Shown one piece after another: positions 1-10,621 of a DNA stretch of 64,000 nucleotides; positions within the stretch are counted from its first letter, which is position 1, and each line of letters opens with the position of its first letter. The notes below the pieces were generated by a model that was given only the letters and a program-made list of their open reading frames with translations, was not told where the DNA came from and did no database searches. The position numbers and the translations under genes were made by a program. Origin of the DNA: Chloroflexota bacterium (lineage in GTDB: Bacteria > Chloroflexota > UBA11872 > VXOZ01); assembly GCA_963662335.2 (NCBI GenBank), contig CAXXVD010000002.1, positions 32,001 through 96,000 on the forward strand. The letters run 5' to 3'.

Positions 1-552
1 GCGTTCTACGTGCGGGGCCTCTTGCAACTGTGGCAGGGCGAGCCGGAGGCGGCGCTGGCCGACCTGAGCAAAACGGTGGAACTGGCGCCGGACCAGCCCC
101 AGCCCTACGTGGCGCGGGCGGGCATCTTCCAGGAGTTGGAACGCTACGAGGACGCGCTGACCGACCTGCAACAGGCGATCAACATTTCGCCGCAGGCGCC
201 GGACGGGTACGCCGCCCGCGCCGAGGTCTACCGCGCCATGGGCCAGCTTGCCCGCGCGCTGGACGACGCGAACCGCGCCATCGATCTGGGACAGGGCGAC
301 CCGCGCTACCTGGTGACCCGCGCGGCCGTGCTGGCCGACCAGGATAACACGACCCAGGCGCTGCGCGACCTGGACCAGGCGCTGGCGGCGGACCCGGCCC
401 TGGCGCAGGCGCTCCTGAAGCGGGCGGAAATCTATGAGAAGACCGGCGAAACGCAAAAGGCGATAGCGGACTACAACCGCGTGCTGGCGATACCGACTTC
501 GGAACAGACGCTGGCGCAAGCCCGCGCCGCGCTGGAACGCCTGCAGAACTAG
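1..552 (+). CDS. Tetratricopeptide-repeat protein (5' truncated by window edge)
   Basis: Repeated ~34-aa TPR units (e.g. YVARAGIFQELERYEDALTDLQQAINISP); frame open from base 1. Confidence 0.85.
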   Translation, partial: AFYVRGLLQLWQGEPEAALADLSKTVELAPDQPQPYVARAGIFQELERYEDALTDLQQAINISPQAPDGYAARAEVYRAMGQLARALDDANRAIDLGQGDPRYLVTRAAVLADQDNTTQALRDLDQALAADPALAQALLKRAEIYEKTGETQKAIADYNRVLAIPTSEQTLAQARAALERLQN

Positions 553-1180
553 GCCCGCGACCCCGGCCGCTCCCCTTGTCTGTTTGCGCTGAGCGCCACC
601 TGCCCGTTCGCGCTGAGCGGCCGCGTGTCCGTTCGCGCTGAGCCTGTCGAAGCGCGGCGGTTGCCTCCCTGCCCATCGCGAACCCGCACTCCCATTCCCA
701 CCGTAGCGCGGGGGCTTGTCCCCCGCCGGAGCCATTGAAACTGACACGTAAAGGATTGACCTAACAGATTTTCAGGTTGCAAACCTGCGACGGGGAATTT
801 GGACGCGAGTTTTGCCGCCGTTCTGTTTAATGCGACAGCATTAGGGCTTGTCCCCCGCCGCCAGTTGCCGCACGCACTCCCTCTCCCACGTAGCGCGGGG
901 GCTTGTCCCTTGCCACTTGCTTCACGCCCTGCCGCAAAGATGGATTCCCGCGTGCGCGGGAATGACGGAAACCGTTACGTTATCTTCAGAGGGCACGACG
1001 AGCGTAGGGGCACGACATGTCGTGCCCCTACGCCGTTTCCCGCCTCTCAACCGCGCCTCTTTGTCCGTTCGCGTTATGCGCCCCTTTGTCCGTTCGCGCT
1101 GAGCCTGTCGAAGCGCGTGGCCAAGCGGTAGCCCGCCCGCGTCCGCCGTTCACCTTTCGACAAGCTCAAGGCGAACGGCG
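549..1180. repeat. Cluster of REP-like palindromes of several families (GTAGCGCGGGGGCTTGTCCCCCG; CCGTTCGCGCTGAGCCTGTCGAAGCG; ATTCCC-N8-GGGAAT; CGTAGGGGCACGACATGTCGTGCCCCTACG)
   Basis: Each motif recurs in many intergenic regions of the window. Confidence 0.85.
702..843 (+). mobile_element. Partial copy of MITE family 1 (left TIR missing)
   Basis: Aligns by eye with 61985-62130; ends in TTAATGCGACAGCATTA followed by GGGCTTGTCCC. Confidence 0.65.
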
Positions 1181-1243
1181 GGTTAGCCTCAGACCTGGGC
1201 GAATGGCGGGTTGGTGTCAGGCACTGGGCAAACGGCGAGCGAC

Positions 1244-2764
1244 TCAGGACGAACGGCGGCCGGGCGTGGGACTCGCAATGGGCCGGTCGTTCCGCAATGC
1301 CGGGTCTTCCTCCCGCAGCGCCGGGGATTCCAGCGCGGAGAGCAGCCCGAAGAGTATCCCCAGCAGGATGCCCAGGCTGTGCACGAAGAGGCTATCCACC
1401 AGGCTGTGGGCGGAGAAGGCGGCCAAGCTGCCGATCAATCCCAGCGCCAGCGTCCGGCCCCAGGCGTCCGGGGCGCGCCGCCACGCGCCGATGGCTACGC
1501 GCCACGCCAGCGCCAGGAAGAGCAGAAAGCCCAGGAAGGTCAGCAGTCCGCCCTCCGCCGCCAGGTTGAGGTAGTAGTTGTGGGCGTGGCCCACGCCGGT
1601 GGGCCAGCCGGGCAGCGCGTAGTCCGCGTACGCCTTGGGATAGTTGCCGATGCCCACGCCGAGCACGGGATTATTGGCGTACATCTGCCAGCCGGCGTAC
1701 CACTGGGAGACGCGCTCGAGAATCGCCCAGTTATCCGGGTTCGCGCCGGCGCGCAATTCCCGCACGATGCGCGTGCCGTACACGAAGAGGTCGGTGACCC
1801 GCGACAGGACGGCCTCCGGGATGATGCCGAGCACCAGGATGACCAGCCCTGCCGTCACGCCGCCGTAGGCCAACCCGAAGGCGCGCAGCCGGTTGCGCCG
1901 GCTTTCCAGCAGCCAGACCGCGCCGAGCGCCGCCAGTGTGCCCAGCCACGCCCCGCGCGAAAGGCTGGCGGCAATGCCCGCGGCCAACGCCAGGCTGAGG
2001 CCCCAGCCCAGCAGGCGCGCGCGGTGATGCGGCGCCGCCAGGGCCAGCGCCAATGCGATGGGCAGGCTGAGCGCCAGGTAGCCGCCGTAGGGATTCGGTT
2101 GGCCAAAGGTGCCGTGCGCCCGCATCAGCGCGCCGCCGGCCAGGAAGTGCGGCGGGCCGATGCGCAGGGCGGCCTGGAGCAGGCCGATGCCGACTTCCGC
2201 CAGCGCCGCCAGCAGCAGCGCGCCCACCAGCGCCGCCAGCGCCCGGCGGCTGCGCACGGTGGTGGCCGTGACCAGGTATATCACCAAGAGTTCGGCCCAC
2301 TTGCTGAGTTCCTTGATGCTCAGCAGCAGGCTCTCGGCGCGGAGCGCGGAGAGCGCCATTGGGATCAAGACGATGACGATGGGTATCGCCAGCGGCGGCA
2401 GCGCGGCGGCGCGCCAGCGGCCGGCAACCATGCCCGCCAGCCAGGAAAGGCCGATGAGCGCCACCAGCGGCTCGTTGACCGTAATGTCCACGTTGTCCGG
2501 CAAGCTGATGGTGCGCAGGCTGCCAAAGGGGACGGTGATGAGCAGCATAGCGACGCCCACCAACGGATGGGCGAAGATCGCCGCCGCCCCGGCGACCGCG
2601 CCGATGACGAGGAGCGCCCACATGGGCGGCAAGAACCACGCGACGGCGAGGACGGCCATGACGCCCAGCACGCCGAGCAGCCGCCAGCGCTGCGCCGCGG
2701 CGCGTTGGCGGGCGTGGAATTGGCTGGAGATTTCTGCCGCGCTTTGCTCTATCATGGCTTTCAC
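1244..2764 (-). CDS. O-antigen ligase (Wzy_C) family membrane protein
   Basis: Many TM helices; RAHGTFGQPNPYGGYL, SLSRGAW, GVGIGNY and HAHNYYL motifs. Confidence 0.85.
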   Translation of the reverse strand: MKAMIEQSAAEISSQFHARQRAAAQRWRLLGVLGVMAVLAVAWFLPPMWALLVIGAVAGAAAIFAHPLVGVAMLLITVPFGSLRTISLPDNVDITVNEPLVALIGLSWLAGMVAGRWRAAALPPLAIPIVIVLIPMALSALRAESLLLSIKELSKWAELLVIYLVTATTVRSRRALAALVGALLLAALAEVGIGLLQAALRIGPPHFLAGGALMRAHGTFGQPNPYGGYLALSLPIALALALAAPHHRARLLGWGLSLALAAGIAASLSRGAWLGTLAALGAVWLLESRRNRLRAFGLAYGGVTAGLVILVLGIIPEAVLSRVTDLFVYGTRIVRELRAGANPDNWAILERVSQWYAGWQMYANNPVLGVGIGNYPKAYADYALPGWPTGVGHAHNYYLNLAAEGGLLTFLGFLLFLALAWRVAIGAWRRAPDAWGRTLALGLIGSLAAFSAHSLVDSLFVHSLGILLGILFGLLSALESPALREEDPALRNDRPIASPTPGRRSS

Positions 2765-2958
2765 TATAGCAGCCGCCGCCGCGCGCTACGAGAGTAATCA
2801 CCCTGGCCGCCTACCGGCCACACAATGGATTGAAAGTGACGGCGCGTTCTCTTTCCGTCATTCCCGCGCACGCGGGAATCCACTGGCTGCGCGGAGAAGA
2901 TGGATTCCCGCTTTCGCGGGAATGACGGAGGCTGCCGCGCGCTCCGAGGGAACGGATT

Positions 2959-3750
2959 GTGGGTAGAGACAAGGAACCGCTGCGCTGGTGGGAAGTCGCC
3001 CAGGCCGTGCGCGGTCAACGGATCGGCCGGCGCGTGGTGTACCGGGCGGCGGTCGACTCCACGATGGACGTGTGCCACGCGCTGGCGCGGGCCGGCGCTG
3101 AGACCGGCACAGTCGTGGTGGCGGACGCCCAGACCGCCGGCCGCGGCCGGCAAGGCCGTTCGTGGCACGCGCCGCCGTGCACCTGCCTGCTCTTCTCCGT
3201 TCTGTTGCGGCCGGCGTTGCCTTCGGCGCAGTGGCCGCACGCGCTGTGGCCGTTGGCAGTGGCCCTGGCGGAGGCGGTAGAGCACACGGCGGGCGCGCGG
3301 CCGGCCGTCAAGTGGCCCAACGACCTCATGCTGCGCGGGCGCAAACTGGGCGGCCTGCTGGCCGAAACGACGCGCGGCGGCGTGGTGGTTGGCGCGGGCC
3401 TGAACGTGAACTTCGCCGCGGCAGACCTCACGGTAGACCAGCCGCTCACCACCCTGGCGGACGCGGTGGGACAGCCGGTCTCCCGCGAAGCGTTGCTCAT
3501 TGCGAGCCTCCGCTTGTTCGAGCAGTGGTATCACCGCTGGCTCGCGGCGCCGGACGAGGTATGGGAGGCGTGGCGCGCCAACGCGTACCTCATTGGACAG
3601 CAGGTGGAAGTCACCGTCGGCAGCCGCCGCTACGCGGGCACGGTGGAAGACCAAGACCGCGAGGGCTATCTCTGCGTGCGCACGGCCGACGGAGCGGCGC
3701 AACGCTTCGCAGCCGGCGACGCGCAGGTGCGCCTTACCGTCAGGAAATGA
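2959..3750 (+). CDS. birA: Biotin--[acetyl-CoA carboxylase] ligase (no N-terminal HTH)
   Basis: VDSTMD, QTAGRGRQGRSW, KWPNDL and KLGGLL motifs. Confidence 0.93.
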   Translation: MGRDKEPLRWWEVAQAVRGQRIGRRVVYRAAVDSTMDVCHALARAGAETGTVVVADAQTAGRGRQGRSWHAPPCTCLLFSVLLRPALPSAQWPHALWPLAVALAEAVEHTAGARPAVKWPNDLMLRGRKLGGLLAETTRGGVVVGAGLNVNFAAADLTVDQPLTTLADAVGQPVSREALLIASLRLFEQWYHRWLAAPDEVWEAWRANAYLIGQQVEVTVGSRRYAGTVEDQDREGYLCVRTADGAAQRFAAGDAQVRLTVRK

Positions 3751-3908
3751 CCGAGCAACTGCGCGACAAACTATCCGTTTGTCGCTGTGCCGATTCCCTC
3801 TCCTTGCGGAGACCTTTGCATAACCCCTAGTCTATGGATAAAAAACTAGGAGATCCTCGCATACGCCGTCATTCCGGCGAAAGCCGGAATCCAGAGGCGC
3901 CGTCAGGG

Positions 3909-4634
3909 CTATGCCTCGGCATCCGGCGGCTTGAGTTCGATCACCACCCGGCGGTCGTCGCCTGCGCCAACCGAGTGGGTTGCCACGCCATCGTCTTCGG
4001 CCAGCGTCAGGTGGATGATGCGCCGTTCGTGGGGCGGCATCGCCTCCAGGGTAATCGCCTTGCCGTTCTCCCGCACCAGGTCGGCCAGGCGGCGGGCCAT
4101 GCCGGTCAGCAGTTCTTCCCGGCGTTGGCGGTAGCCGCCGACGTCCACCACCACCAGGCCGTGCTCGCCGAGTTGCTTTGTCAACATCAGGTTGTAGAGG
4201 AACTGTATCGACCGCAGCGTGCTCCCCCGCTTGCCGACGAAGGCGTCGGCGCCCTCGCCGGAGACGTTGAGCCGCAGCGGGTCGGCGCCGGTGACTTCCA
4301 CCGTGACCGCGCTGCCGAGATGGTGGAAGAACTCCCGGAGGAGTTCCGTGGCATCATTGAGCTGCTCCGGCGTCAGCGGCAATTGCTCGTCCTCCGCCGC
4401 GGTTTCTGGGGCGGCGTAGTCCTGCGCCGCTGCCGGCGCGGTTTCCGGCGGCGCGCCCTCCGGTTTCAGTTCCACCAAGACGCGGGTCTCCTCTCCGCCA
4501 ATGCCGAAGAGGCCGCCGGTGCCGGCGCTCAGGACGCGCACGGTAACGGCGTCACGCGAGGCGCCAAGTTGCTCCAGGGCGCTCTCTATCGCTTCCTCGA
4601 CCGTTTTGCCAGTTGCTTCAACGCTTTCCGCCAC
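3909..4634 (-). CDS. jag: Jag/EloR (KhpB) RNA-binding protein
   Basis: Jag-N (VEATGKTVEEAI), KH (VGKRGSTL) and R3H (ERRIIH) domains; GTG start at 4634, downstream of yidC. Confidence 0.93.
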   Translation of the reverse strand: MAESVEATGKTVEEAIESALEQLGASRDAVTVRVLSAGTGGLFGIGGEETRVLVELKPEGAPPETAPAAAQDYAAPETAAEDEQLPLTPEQLNDATELLREFFHHLGSAVTVEVTGADPLRLNVSGEGADAFVGKRGSTLRSIQFLYNLMLTKQLGEHGLVVVDVGGYRQRREELLTGMARRLADLVRENGKAITLEAMPPHERRIIHLTLAEDDGVATHSVGAGDDRRVVIELKPPDAEA

Positions 4635-5688
4635 CTTTTTTCTTCTCCCTCCGTCGCGACTTCGTCTTGCCAGTGCCCGGCGCCGGTTGCGGCGCGCCGT
4701 CTCCCTGCTCCGCGGGCCCATCCAGGCCGAGTTCTTGCAGCGTCGTCTCGGTAAGCTCCGGAATCGCCGCGCGCCGGCCGCCGCCCAACGACAGCCCGCC
4801 GAAGAGTCCGCCGGCCCGGGCCGGTTCCTGCGCCGGCTGCGGCAGCGGCGCCGGGGCGCGCTCGGTCTTCTCGTTCTCAGCCTTTGGCGCGGCCGGCGCC
4901 GGTTTGGACGCCTGGGCCTGCTCACTGCCGTTGGCCGCGGGCGTCGCGGCGGCCGGCGCCGTGGCCGGCGTCAGGCTCTTGTCCCGCATGATAAACCACT
5001 GCTGGCCGATGCTGAAGATATTCGACACTACCCAGTATAAGGCAAGTCCCGCCGGAAATTGCATGGCAAAGAAGACGATCATGATGGGCATGAACTGCAT
5101 CACGTTCTGGATCATCTGCTGTTGCGGGTCGGTCGTCATGCGATTCATCATCATGCGCTGCACCACCCACTGGGTCGCGCCCGCGGTGAGCGCCAACACG
5201 CCCGGCAGCTTGAACGGCAGATCCACGCCCGGCGGCAGCCACACGTCGGGCTGGGCCAGGTCTGCCAGCCACAGGAACGCCATTTCCAGGCCGGCTTTGG
5301 TGTCCGGGTCGTTCGTGACACCGATGATGGCCCAATAGAGCGCGAAGAGCACCGGCAATTGCGCCAACTGGGGCAGGCAGCCCATCAGCGGATTCACGCC
5401 GTGCTGCTTATAGAGTTCCATCTGCGCCTGCGCCATGGCCTGGCGGTCGCCCTTGTGCTGCCGCTGCAACTCCTTGAGGCGCGGCGAGAGCAACTGCATG
5501 CGGCGCGACGAGCGCAGGCTGGTGACGCTGAGCGGGAAGAGGATGAGCCGGACGATGACGGTGAAGATGATGATGGCAATGCCGAAACTGGGCACGCCAA
5601 GGTCTACGGTCAGGTCGTAGAGGCGGAGCAAGCCGCTCTGCAAGCCGCCAACGAGTATGTCGTTCCAGAGTGTGCTGAAGAAGTCCAC
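4618..5688 (-). CDS. yidC: Membrane protein insertase YidC with long low-complexity C-terminal tail
   Basis: GIAIIIFTVIVRLILFPL, GVNPLMGCLPQLAQLP, FLWLADLAQPD, PAGLALYW. Confidence 0.95.
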   Translation of the reverse strand: MDFFSTLWNDILVGGLQSGLLRLYDLTVDLGVPSFGIAIIIFTVIVRLILFPLSVTSLRSSRRMQLLSPRLKELQRQHKGDRQAMAQAQMELYKQHGVNPLMGCLPQLAQLPVLFALYWAIIGVTNDPDTKAGLEMAFLWLADLAQPDVWLPPGVDLPFKLPGVLALTAGATQWVVQRMMMNRMTTDPQQQMIQNVMQFMPIMIVFFAMQFPAGLALYWVVSNIFSIGQQWFIMRDKSLTPATAPAAATPAANGSEQAQASKPAPAAPKAENEKTERAPAPLPQPAQEPARAGGLFGGLSLGGGRRAAIPELTETTLQELGLDGPAEQGDGAPQPAPGTGKTKSRRREKKKGGGKR

Positions 5689-6019
5689 CGGAGCCGCTTT
5701 CTTTCCCCTGAGCCTACTTCCCCTAGGGACTGTTCCCTTTAGAGCTTGCTTATCTTACGGAACATGTCGCAGTACTCTTGCCGGGCGTATCCCACCGTTC
5801 GCGGTAAGCCTGTCGCAGCGCGCAGAGCTTGACCCATCCTTAGCTCTCAGCAGGCATTTCCAAAGTCTTTGCAGACCGTTCGCGCTGAGCCTGTCGAAGC
5901 GCTCCGCGCTTCTCACGCACGCGATACCGGCCCCACCGCCCTTCCCGCCAACCCCTCACCCCGGCAATCTCCCCAGGGAGAGGGAGCCAGTTTGCCTGCC
6001 TGTCGGCTCAGACGTCTGC

Positions 6020-6238
6020 CTAGGGCACCGGATCGGCGCCGCCGGGGTGGAACGGGTGGCAGCGCGCGATGCGTTTGACACCCAGCCAGCCGCCCCGCAG
6101 CAGTCCATAGTGCCCGATCGCGTCGTAACAGTACTCGGAGCACGTGGGCGCAAAGCGGCAACTCGGCGGCAGCAGGGGCGAGATTGCCAGCCGGTACACC
6201 TGGATGAGCCGCAAGGCAACGGCGCTACTCAGCGGCAC
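6020..6238 (-). CDS. yidD: Membrane protein insertion efficiency factor YidD
   Basis: [22 protein letters not shown]...[12 protein letters not shown]; lies between rnpA and yidC. Confidence 0.93.
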   Translation of the reverse strand: MPLSSAVALRLIQVYRLAISPLLPPSCRFAPTCSEYCYDAIGHYGLLRGGWLGVKRIARCHPFHPGGADPVP

Positions 6239-6647
6239 GGGTCGTCTTCTCCCTGTCTCTCTCTGCGCGCGGCTGCGCCGATGCGCCGCTTGCCTGCCGC
6301 GGCCGGTAGTGCGGCGGCAGCAGGCGCGCCCGCCGCAGGGCGGTGCACACGTGCCGGTCCAGCTCTCGAAACGAGGCCGCCGCCGCGGCCGGCCGGGCAA
6401 TGAAGACCAGGTCCAGCCCCGGCCGCACATGCGGATAGTGCGCGCGCACGGATTCGCGCAAGCGCCGCCGGACGCGGTTGCGGGTTACGGCATTGCCCAG
6501 ACGCTTAGACGTAATGAATCCGCACCGGCTGCGCGGGCGGTGATTTGGTGTGACGATGAGCCGGACGGTGTACGCCGACCACGCTCTGCCCCGCGCCAAG
6601 ACCGCGGCAAAGTCACCCTGTTTCTTCAGCTTCTCCGTGTGGCCCAA
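6225..6647 (-). CDS. rnpA: Ribonuclease P protein component
   Basis: [23 protein letters not shown] (RNR motif); TTG start preceded by GAGGA. Confidence 0.93.
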   Translation of the reverse strand: MGHTEKLKKQGDFAAVLARGRAWSAYTVRLIVTPNHRPRSRCGFITSKRLGNAVTRNRVRRRLRESVRAHYPHVRPGLDLVFIARPAAAAASFRELDRHVCTALRRARLLPPHYRPRQASGASAQPRAERDREKTTRAAE

Positions 6648-6761
6648 TCCTCGTGCAGTGTGCGCGCAACCGGCGCCGGGCGTGCGACGGCGCGCGCGCT
6701 CCCCGCCCGCGGCCGGGACGCGCCGCCGGGCGCGCGCCAAACCGCAATGGCGCACGCGCGC

Positions 6762-6899
6762 TCACACCGCGAGCCGCGTGCGCTGCTTATGGCGGCGATG
6801 CTTGAGTATGCGCCTTCCCGCGCGCGTGGACATGCGGGCGCGAAAGCCGTGCCGGCGCAACCGGCGCCGCACTTTCGGTTGATAGGTTCGCTTGGGCAT
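6762..6899 (-). CDS. rpmH: 50S ribosomal protein L34 (not in ORF track)
   Basis: Hand translation [45 protein letters not shown]; canonical position before rnpA. Confidence 0.97.
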   Translation of the reverse strand: MPKRTYQPKVRRRLRRHGFRARMSTRAGRRILKHRRHKQRTRLAV

Positions 6900-7008
6900 T
6901 CAGCCGTACCCTTCTTTACCTCTTTATGGTCTTACTATAGCACTCCGCCGCACCGACGGCAAAGCTCCGGCCGCCGCGGCCCACCGCCTGAGCGGGCAAC
7001 GCGCACCG

Positions 7009-7344
7009 CTACTCGCTCGTGCGGATGACCAGATAGACGATCGGCGCTTCGCCGCTGTTGCGCAGGCCGTGGCGCGTGCCCGCGGGCGCAAAGAGCGCCG
7101 CCATCGCTTCCATTGGCTGCTCGTCGGCGCCGAGCGTCGCCGTGCCGCTGCCGCTAATGAGAAACATGATTTCCTCGCCGCCGTGCGCGTGCGGCGGGTG
7201 CGCCGCCTCGCCCGGATTGATCGAGGAGAGGTGAAGTTGCAACTCCTCCGCGCCGCTCGCCTCACCCACGAACGGCAGGGAGTAGCCGCGCTCGTGCACG
7301 CGCTTGCGCGCCTCGTCCCATGAAATGACTACCGGCTCTTTCAT
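7009..7344 (-). CDS. Cupin domain protein
   Basis: HPPHAHGGEE and PAGTRHGLRN cupin motifs. Confidence 0.85.
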   Translation of the reverse strand: MKEPVVISWDEARKRVHERGYSLPFVGEASGAEELQLHLSSINPGEAAHPPHAHGGEEIMFLISGSGTATLGADEQPMEAMAALFAPAGTRHGLRNSGEAPIVYLVIRTSE

Positions 7345-7389
7345 CGCGGTTTCCTTTCCGAATTGTGTGCTCGACGCAAGACGCGGCGG

Positions 7390-8580
7390 TTAGTTGCGAT
7401 GGAAAAACGTATCCACCAACTTCTCAATGTCCGTCGGCGCGCAGCCGTACTTCTCATGGAAGCGCTCGTGGTGTTGTTCTTCGTACGCCGTGACGCCTTG
7501 CAAGGGCAAGGGAATCGTCGTGCGGTCGCGGCCGCCGGATTCCAGCATGGCGATGTCCATTTCCTGGTCCAGGCGCGCCGCGGCCGCGCCGTAGGCGGGC
7601 TCTCCGCCCTCGCGCACCGCGTTGGCGATGCTCAGCAGTTCGTCGGCCACCTGCACCTGGTTCTCAGTCAACGGATAGCGGCGCAGCGGGTTTTCCCACA
7701 CAACGCGCCGTTCGGGCAGCGCCACCTCCAGGCGATCCAGGATTTCAACGCCGTCTCGTTCGCTGGTGATGCGTTGCGGCGTTGCGGGCACGCTTTGCGC
7801 GCCGGTGAGCAGGTCCGCTTCCGGCACAGTGTGCACCTCGTCGCCCACAAGCGACCCGTGGGTGCCGTCGATCTGCGAGAAGTGAAACGCGCCGCGTCCC
7901 AACGAGCGGGCGTGGATGACGGTGGAGTAGGCCGAGAGCGCCATCACCCCGTTGGCAAACTCGATGACGCCGATCGAGAGCCGCTCGTCCTCGTGGCGGC
8001 GCAGCTTCCGGTCCACAATCGGCACCACCGGGCTGGTGTGGGAGACGCCCATGATGCCCGTGGGGTCGGCGCCGGCCCAGAGGCGCAGGATGCTCATGCC
8101 GTGGTAGCCGCCTTCCTCGAAGATGCGGTAGATGCGGCTGACCGCGCCGATGGCGCCGGAGTCGATGACCGCCTGCCGCAGGCGCATGAGCGGCTGGCGG
8201 TGGTAGTTCTCCGCCACCTCCAGCTTCACGCCGTTTTGCCGGGCGGTCTTGATCATGAGGTCGGCCAGCGGCAGCGTGACGGCAATTGGCGTCTCCACGA
8301 TTTGGTGCACGCCGTGGCCGGAGAAGAAGCAGCTTAGCGCGTGGTGCGCCTCGCCGGGCACGACCACGTCGGCAATATCCAAGGTTTCGTGGCGCGCCAG
8401 GTCGCGGGCGGACGTGTACGCCCGGCAGCCGTACTGGGCCGCCACCGCCTGCGCCCGTTCCGCCGTGGCGTCGCACACCGCCACGAAGTCGAACACGTCG
8501 TTCAACGCGGCTATAACCGGCGCGTGCGCGCCCGCGCCCCGCCTACCCGCGCCGACCAGGGCAATCTTCAGACGTTCCAT
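7390..8580 (-). CDS. Gfo/Idh/MocA family oxidoreductase
   Basis: IALVGAGRRG Rossmann motif, VETPIA, VAENY. Confidence 0.88.
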   Translation of the reverse strand: MERLKIALVGAGRRGAGAHAPVIAALNDVFDFVAVCDATAERAQAVAAQYGCRAYTSARDLARHETLDIADVVVPGEAHHALSCFFSGHGVHQIVETPIAVTLPLADLMIKTARQNGVKLEVAENYHRQPLMRLRQAVIDSGAIGAVSRIYRIFEEGGYHGMSILRLWAGADPTGIMGVSHTSPVVPIVDRKLRRHEDERLSIGVIEFANGVMALSAYSTVIHARSLGRGAFHFSQIDGTHGSLVGDEVHTVPEADLLTGAQSVPATPQRITSERDGVEILDRLEVALPERRVVWENPLRRYPLTENQVQVADELLSIANAVREGGEPAYGAAAARLDQEMDIAMLESGGRDRTTIPLPLQGVTAYEEQHHERFHEKYGCAPTDIEKLVDTFFHRN

Positions 8581-8728
8581 GTTCTTCACGCCTCCTCTGC
8601 GTAGCAACTGCGCTCGCTTTCGCTGCGCGTCAAAGAAGCCTCTCCGCGCCCGGCGGCGCGCGCTCTCCCCGCGCTACCGCTATTCTATGGTACGCTGGCG
8701 TCGGCTGAAAAGGAACAAGGAGCGGGCT

Positions 8729-9799
8729 ATGGCCGAACGGTTGCAGATCGAGGTCACGCGCGGCGCGCTGGTGGAGAGCGTGCACTATGCGCACGCGGCG
8801 GTTGCGGACGCCGCCGGCAATCTCCTCTTTGCCGCCGGTGATGGGGAACGGGTCACGTTCCTGCGGTCGTCGGCCAAGCCGTTGCAGGCGCTGGCCATGG
8901 TGGAGAGCGGCGCGGCGGCGCGCTTTGGACTTACCGACCGCGAGATAGCCGTCACCTGCGCCTCGCACTACGGCGAGCCGTTCCACGTGGAGGCCGTGCA
9001 GAGCATCCTGCAAAAGATCGGCCTGGATGAAGAGGCGCTGGCCTGCGGCACGCATCCGCCGACCCACGCGCCCAGCGCGGCGGCGCTCATCCGCGCCGGC
9101 GAGCCGCCGCGCAAGATTCATAACAACTGCTCCGGCAAGCACGCCAGCATGTTGGCGCTCTGCCAACACGCCGGCTGGCCCGTCGCGGACTACACCGCGC
9201 CGGAACATCCCGTGCAGCAGCGCCTGCGCCAGGTGGTGGCGGCGGTGTCCGGCATGTCCCCGGACGACGTCTACGTGGCCGTGGACGGCTGCAACGCGCC
9301 GGTGTTCGCCCTGCCGTTGCGGCGGATTGCGCGGGCGTTTGCCGTGCTGGGGCGGCCCGACGGGCAGCACACCGACGGTGGGCAGGCCGTCGGCCTCTCG
9401 GCTGCGCGCGCCGCCGCGCTGCGCCGCATCTCGCGGGCCATGCGCGCGCACCCGGAGATGGTCTCCGGCACCGGCGGCTTCACCACGGACCTCATGCGCG
9501 TGGCGGGCGAGAACATCGTCTCCAAGAGCGGCGCGGAGGCGCTCTTCTGCGCCGGCGCGCTCGCCGAAGGCTGGGGCATCGCGGTCAAGATCGAGGACGG
9601 CGACGCCCGCGCCCACCCGGCGCTGGTACCGCAACTGCTGGCGGCGCTGGGCGTGATCAGTCCCGCGCAACGGGACGCGTTGCGCGCGCTGCATCCGCCG
9701 TCGGTCCACAACACCGCCGGCGTAGCGGTGGGCGAGGTGCGCCCGCGCCTCACGCCAGCGGTTGCGGCACTGTCCACAGAATCAGCGTCGCCGCGATAG
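8729..9799 (+). CDS. L-asparaginase II (Rhizobium AnsA-type)
   Basis: VTRGALVESVH, RSSAKPLQA, HNNCSGKH, SKSGAEA motifs. Confidence 0.9.
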   Translation: MAERLQIEVTRGALVESVHYAHAAVADAAGNLLFAAGDGERVTFLRSSAKPLQALAMVESGAAARFGLTDREIAVTCASHYGEPFHVEAVQSILQKIGLDEEALACGTHPPTHAPSAAALIRAGEPPRKIHNNCSGKHASMLALCQHAGWPVADYTAPEHPVQQRLRQVVAAVSGMSPDDVYVAVDGCNAPVFALPLRRIARAFAVLGRPDGQHTDGGQAVGLSAARAAALRRISRAMRAHPEMVSGTGGFTTDLMRVAGENIVSKSGAEALFCAGALAEGWGIAVKIEDGDARAHPALVPQLLAALGVISPAQRDALRALHPPSVHNTAGVAVGEVRPRLTPAVAALSTESASPR

Positions 9800-10505
9800 C
9801 GCAGACCGCGCCGTATTCCACCACCTGCGCGAAGCCGAATTTCCTGGCAACGTGCGCCTGGATGAGCCCAAGCGCGACGTGAACGTGCAGCAGCAGGGCC
9901 AGCGCCTCTTGCAGCGTCGGCAGCGGCCAGTAGTTGAGCGCCCACGAGACCTCGCCAACGACAACCGCCACCAGCAGGCTGTAGCGCAGCGCCGCTCCGC
10001 GCGGGATGTTCCGGTGCAAGAGCACGGACATGCTCGCGGCACAGGCCGCGGCCCCGGCCAGCGCCGCGTACAGCACCAGGTTGAGATCCCAGGTGCTGAA
10101 GGTGGCGCAGAACATGAAGAGCGTAACGTAGACAACCGCCTGGTTGGGCCACGCGGCCGTCTCCGCGCCGCGCTGGGCGCTGCGCCGGTGATAGTCCACC
10201 AGCGCCAGCAGGAAGAGCAGGCCGAAGAACGCGCAGCCGATGAGGGACGCGCGTTCGTCGGGGATGATCCGCCAGAAGAGGATGTTGGCCAACGTGAGCA
10301 GCAACGGCGTCAGCAGCCGCGCGGCCTCGCCGCCGCGCGGCGCCATCACCTGGCGCAGGGCCGCCGTCACGACGCCAAGCAGCACCACCACGGCCACGAG
10401 CAGCAACGGCATGGCCGCGCGCAGCGTGAGCAGCACGCCGGTGGTGGCCAGCGCGCTCAGCACGATGAGACGGTCGAATTGCAGCCGTTGGTAGAAATCT
10501 TGCAC
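9750..10505 (-). CDS. Multi-pass membrane protein of unknown function
   Basis: About 8 hydrophobic segments; WALNYWPL and VVEY C-terminal motifs. Confidence 0.7.
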   Translation of the reverse strand: MQDFYQRLQFDRLIVLSALATTGVLLTLRAAMPLLLVAVVVLLGVVTAALRQVMAPRGGEAARLLTPLLLTLANILFWRIIPDERASLIGCAFFGLLFLLALVDYHRRSAQRGAETAAWPNQAVVYVTLFMFCATFSTWDLNLVLYAALAGAAACAASMSVLLHRNIPRGAALRYSLLVAVVVGEVSWALNYWPLPTLQEALALLLHVHVALGLIQAHVARKFGFAQVVEYGAVCAIAATLILWTVPQPLA

Positions 10506-10549
10506 GATGCGCGGTTACTCCCAAGAGAGAAGCATAGCACGTTTCGCTT

Positions 10550-10578
10550 TTGACACGCTGGAGTCGCAAGGCTATACT
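10550..10578 (+). promoter_or_regulatory. Sigma70-type promoter of tRNA-Cys
   Basis: TTGACA - 17 nt - TATACT, 43 nt upstream of the tRNA. Confidence 0.8.
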
Positions 10579-10621
10579 TGAGGCAAGGAAGAGGCGCGGC
10601 CTCCAGGCAACGCAGAGAGTC

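Noticed and set aside
799-1131. ORFs made of REP sequence (also at 10636, 26247, 42081)
   Set aside because: Translations such as MDSRVRGND, ARGLVP and FALSLSK are repeat-derived
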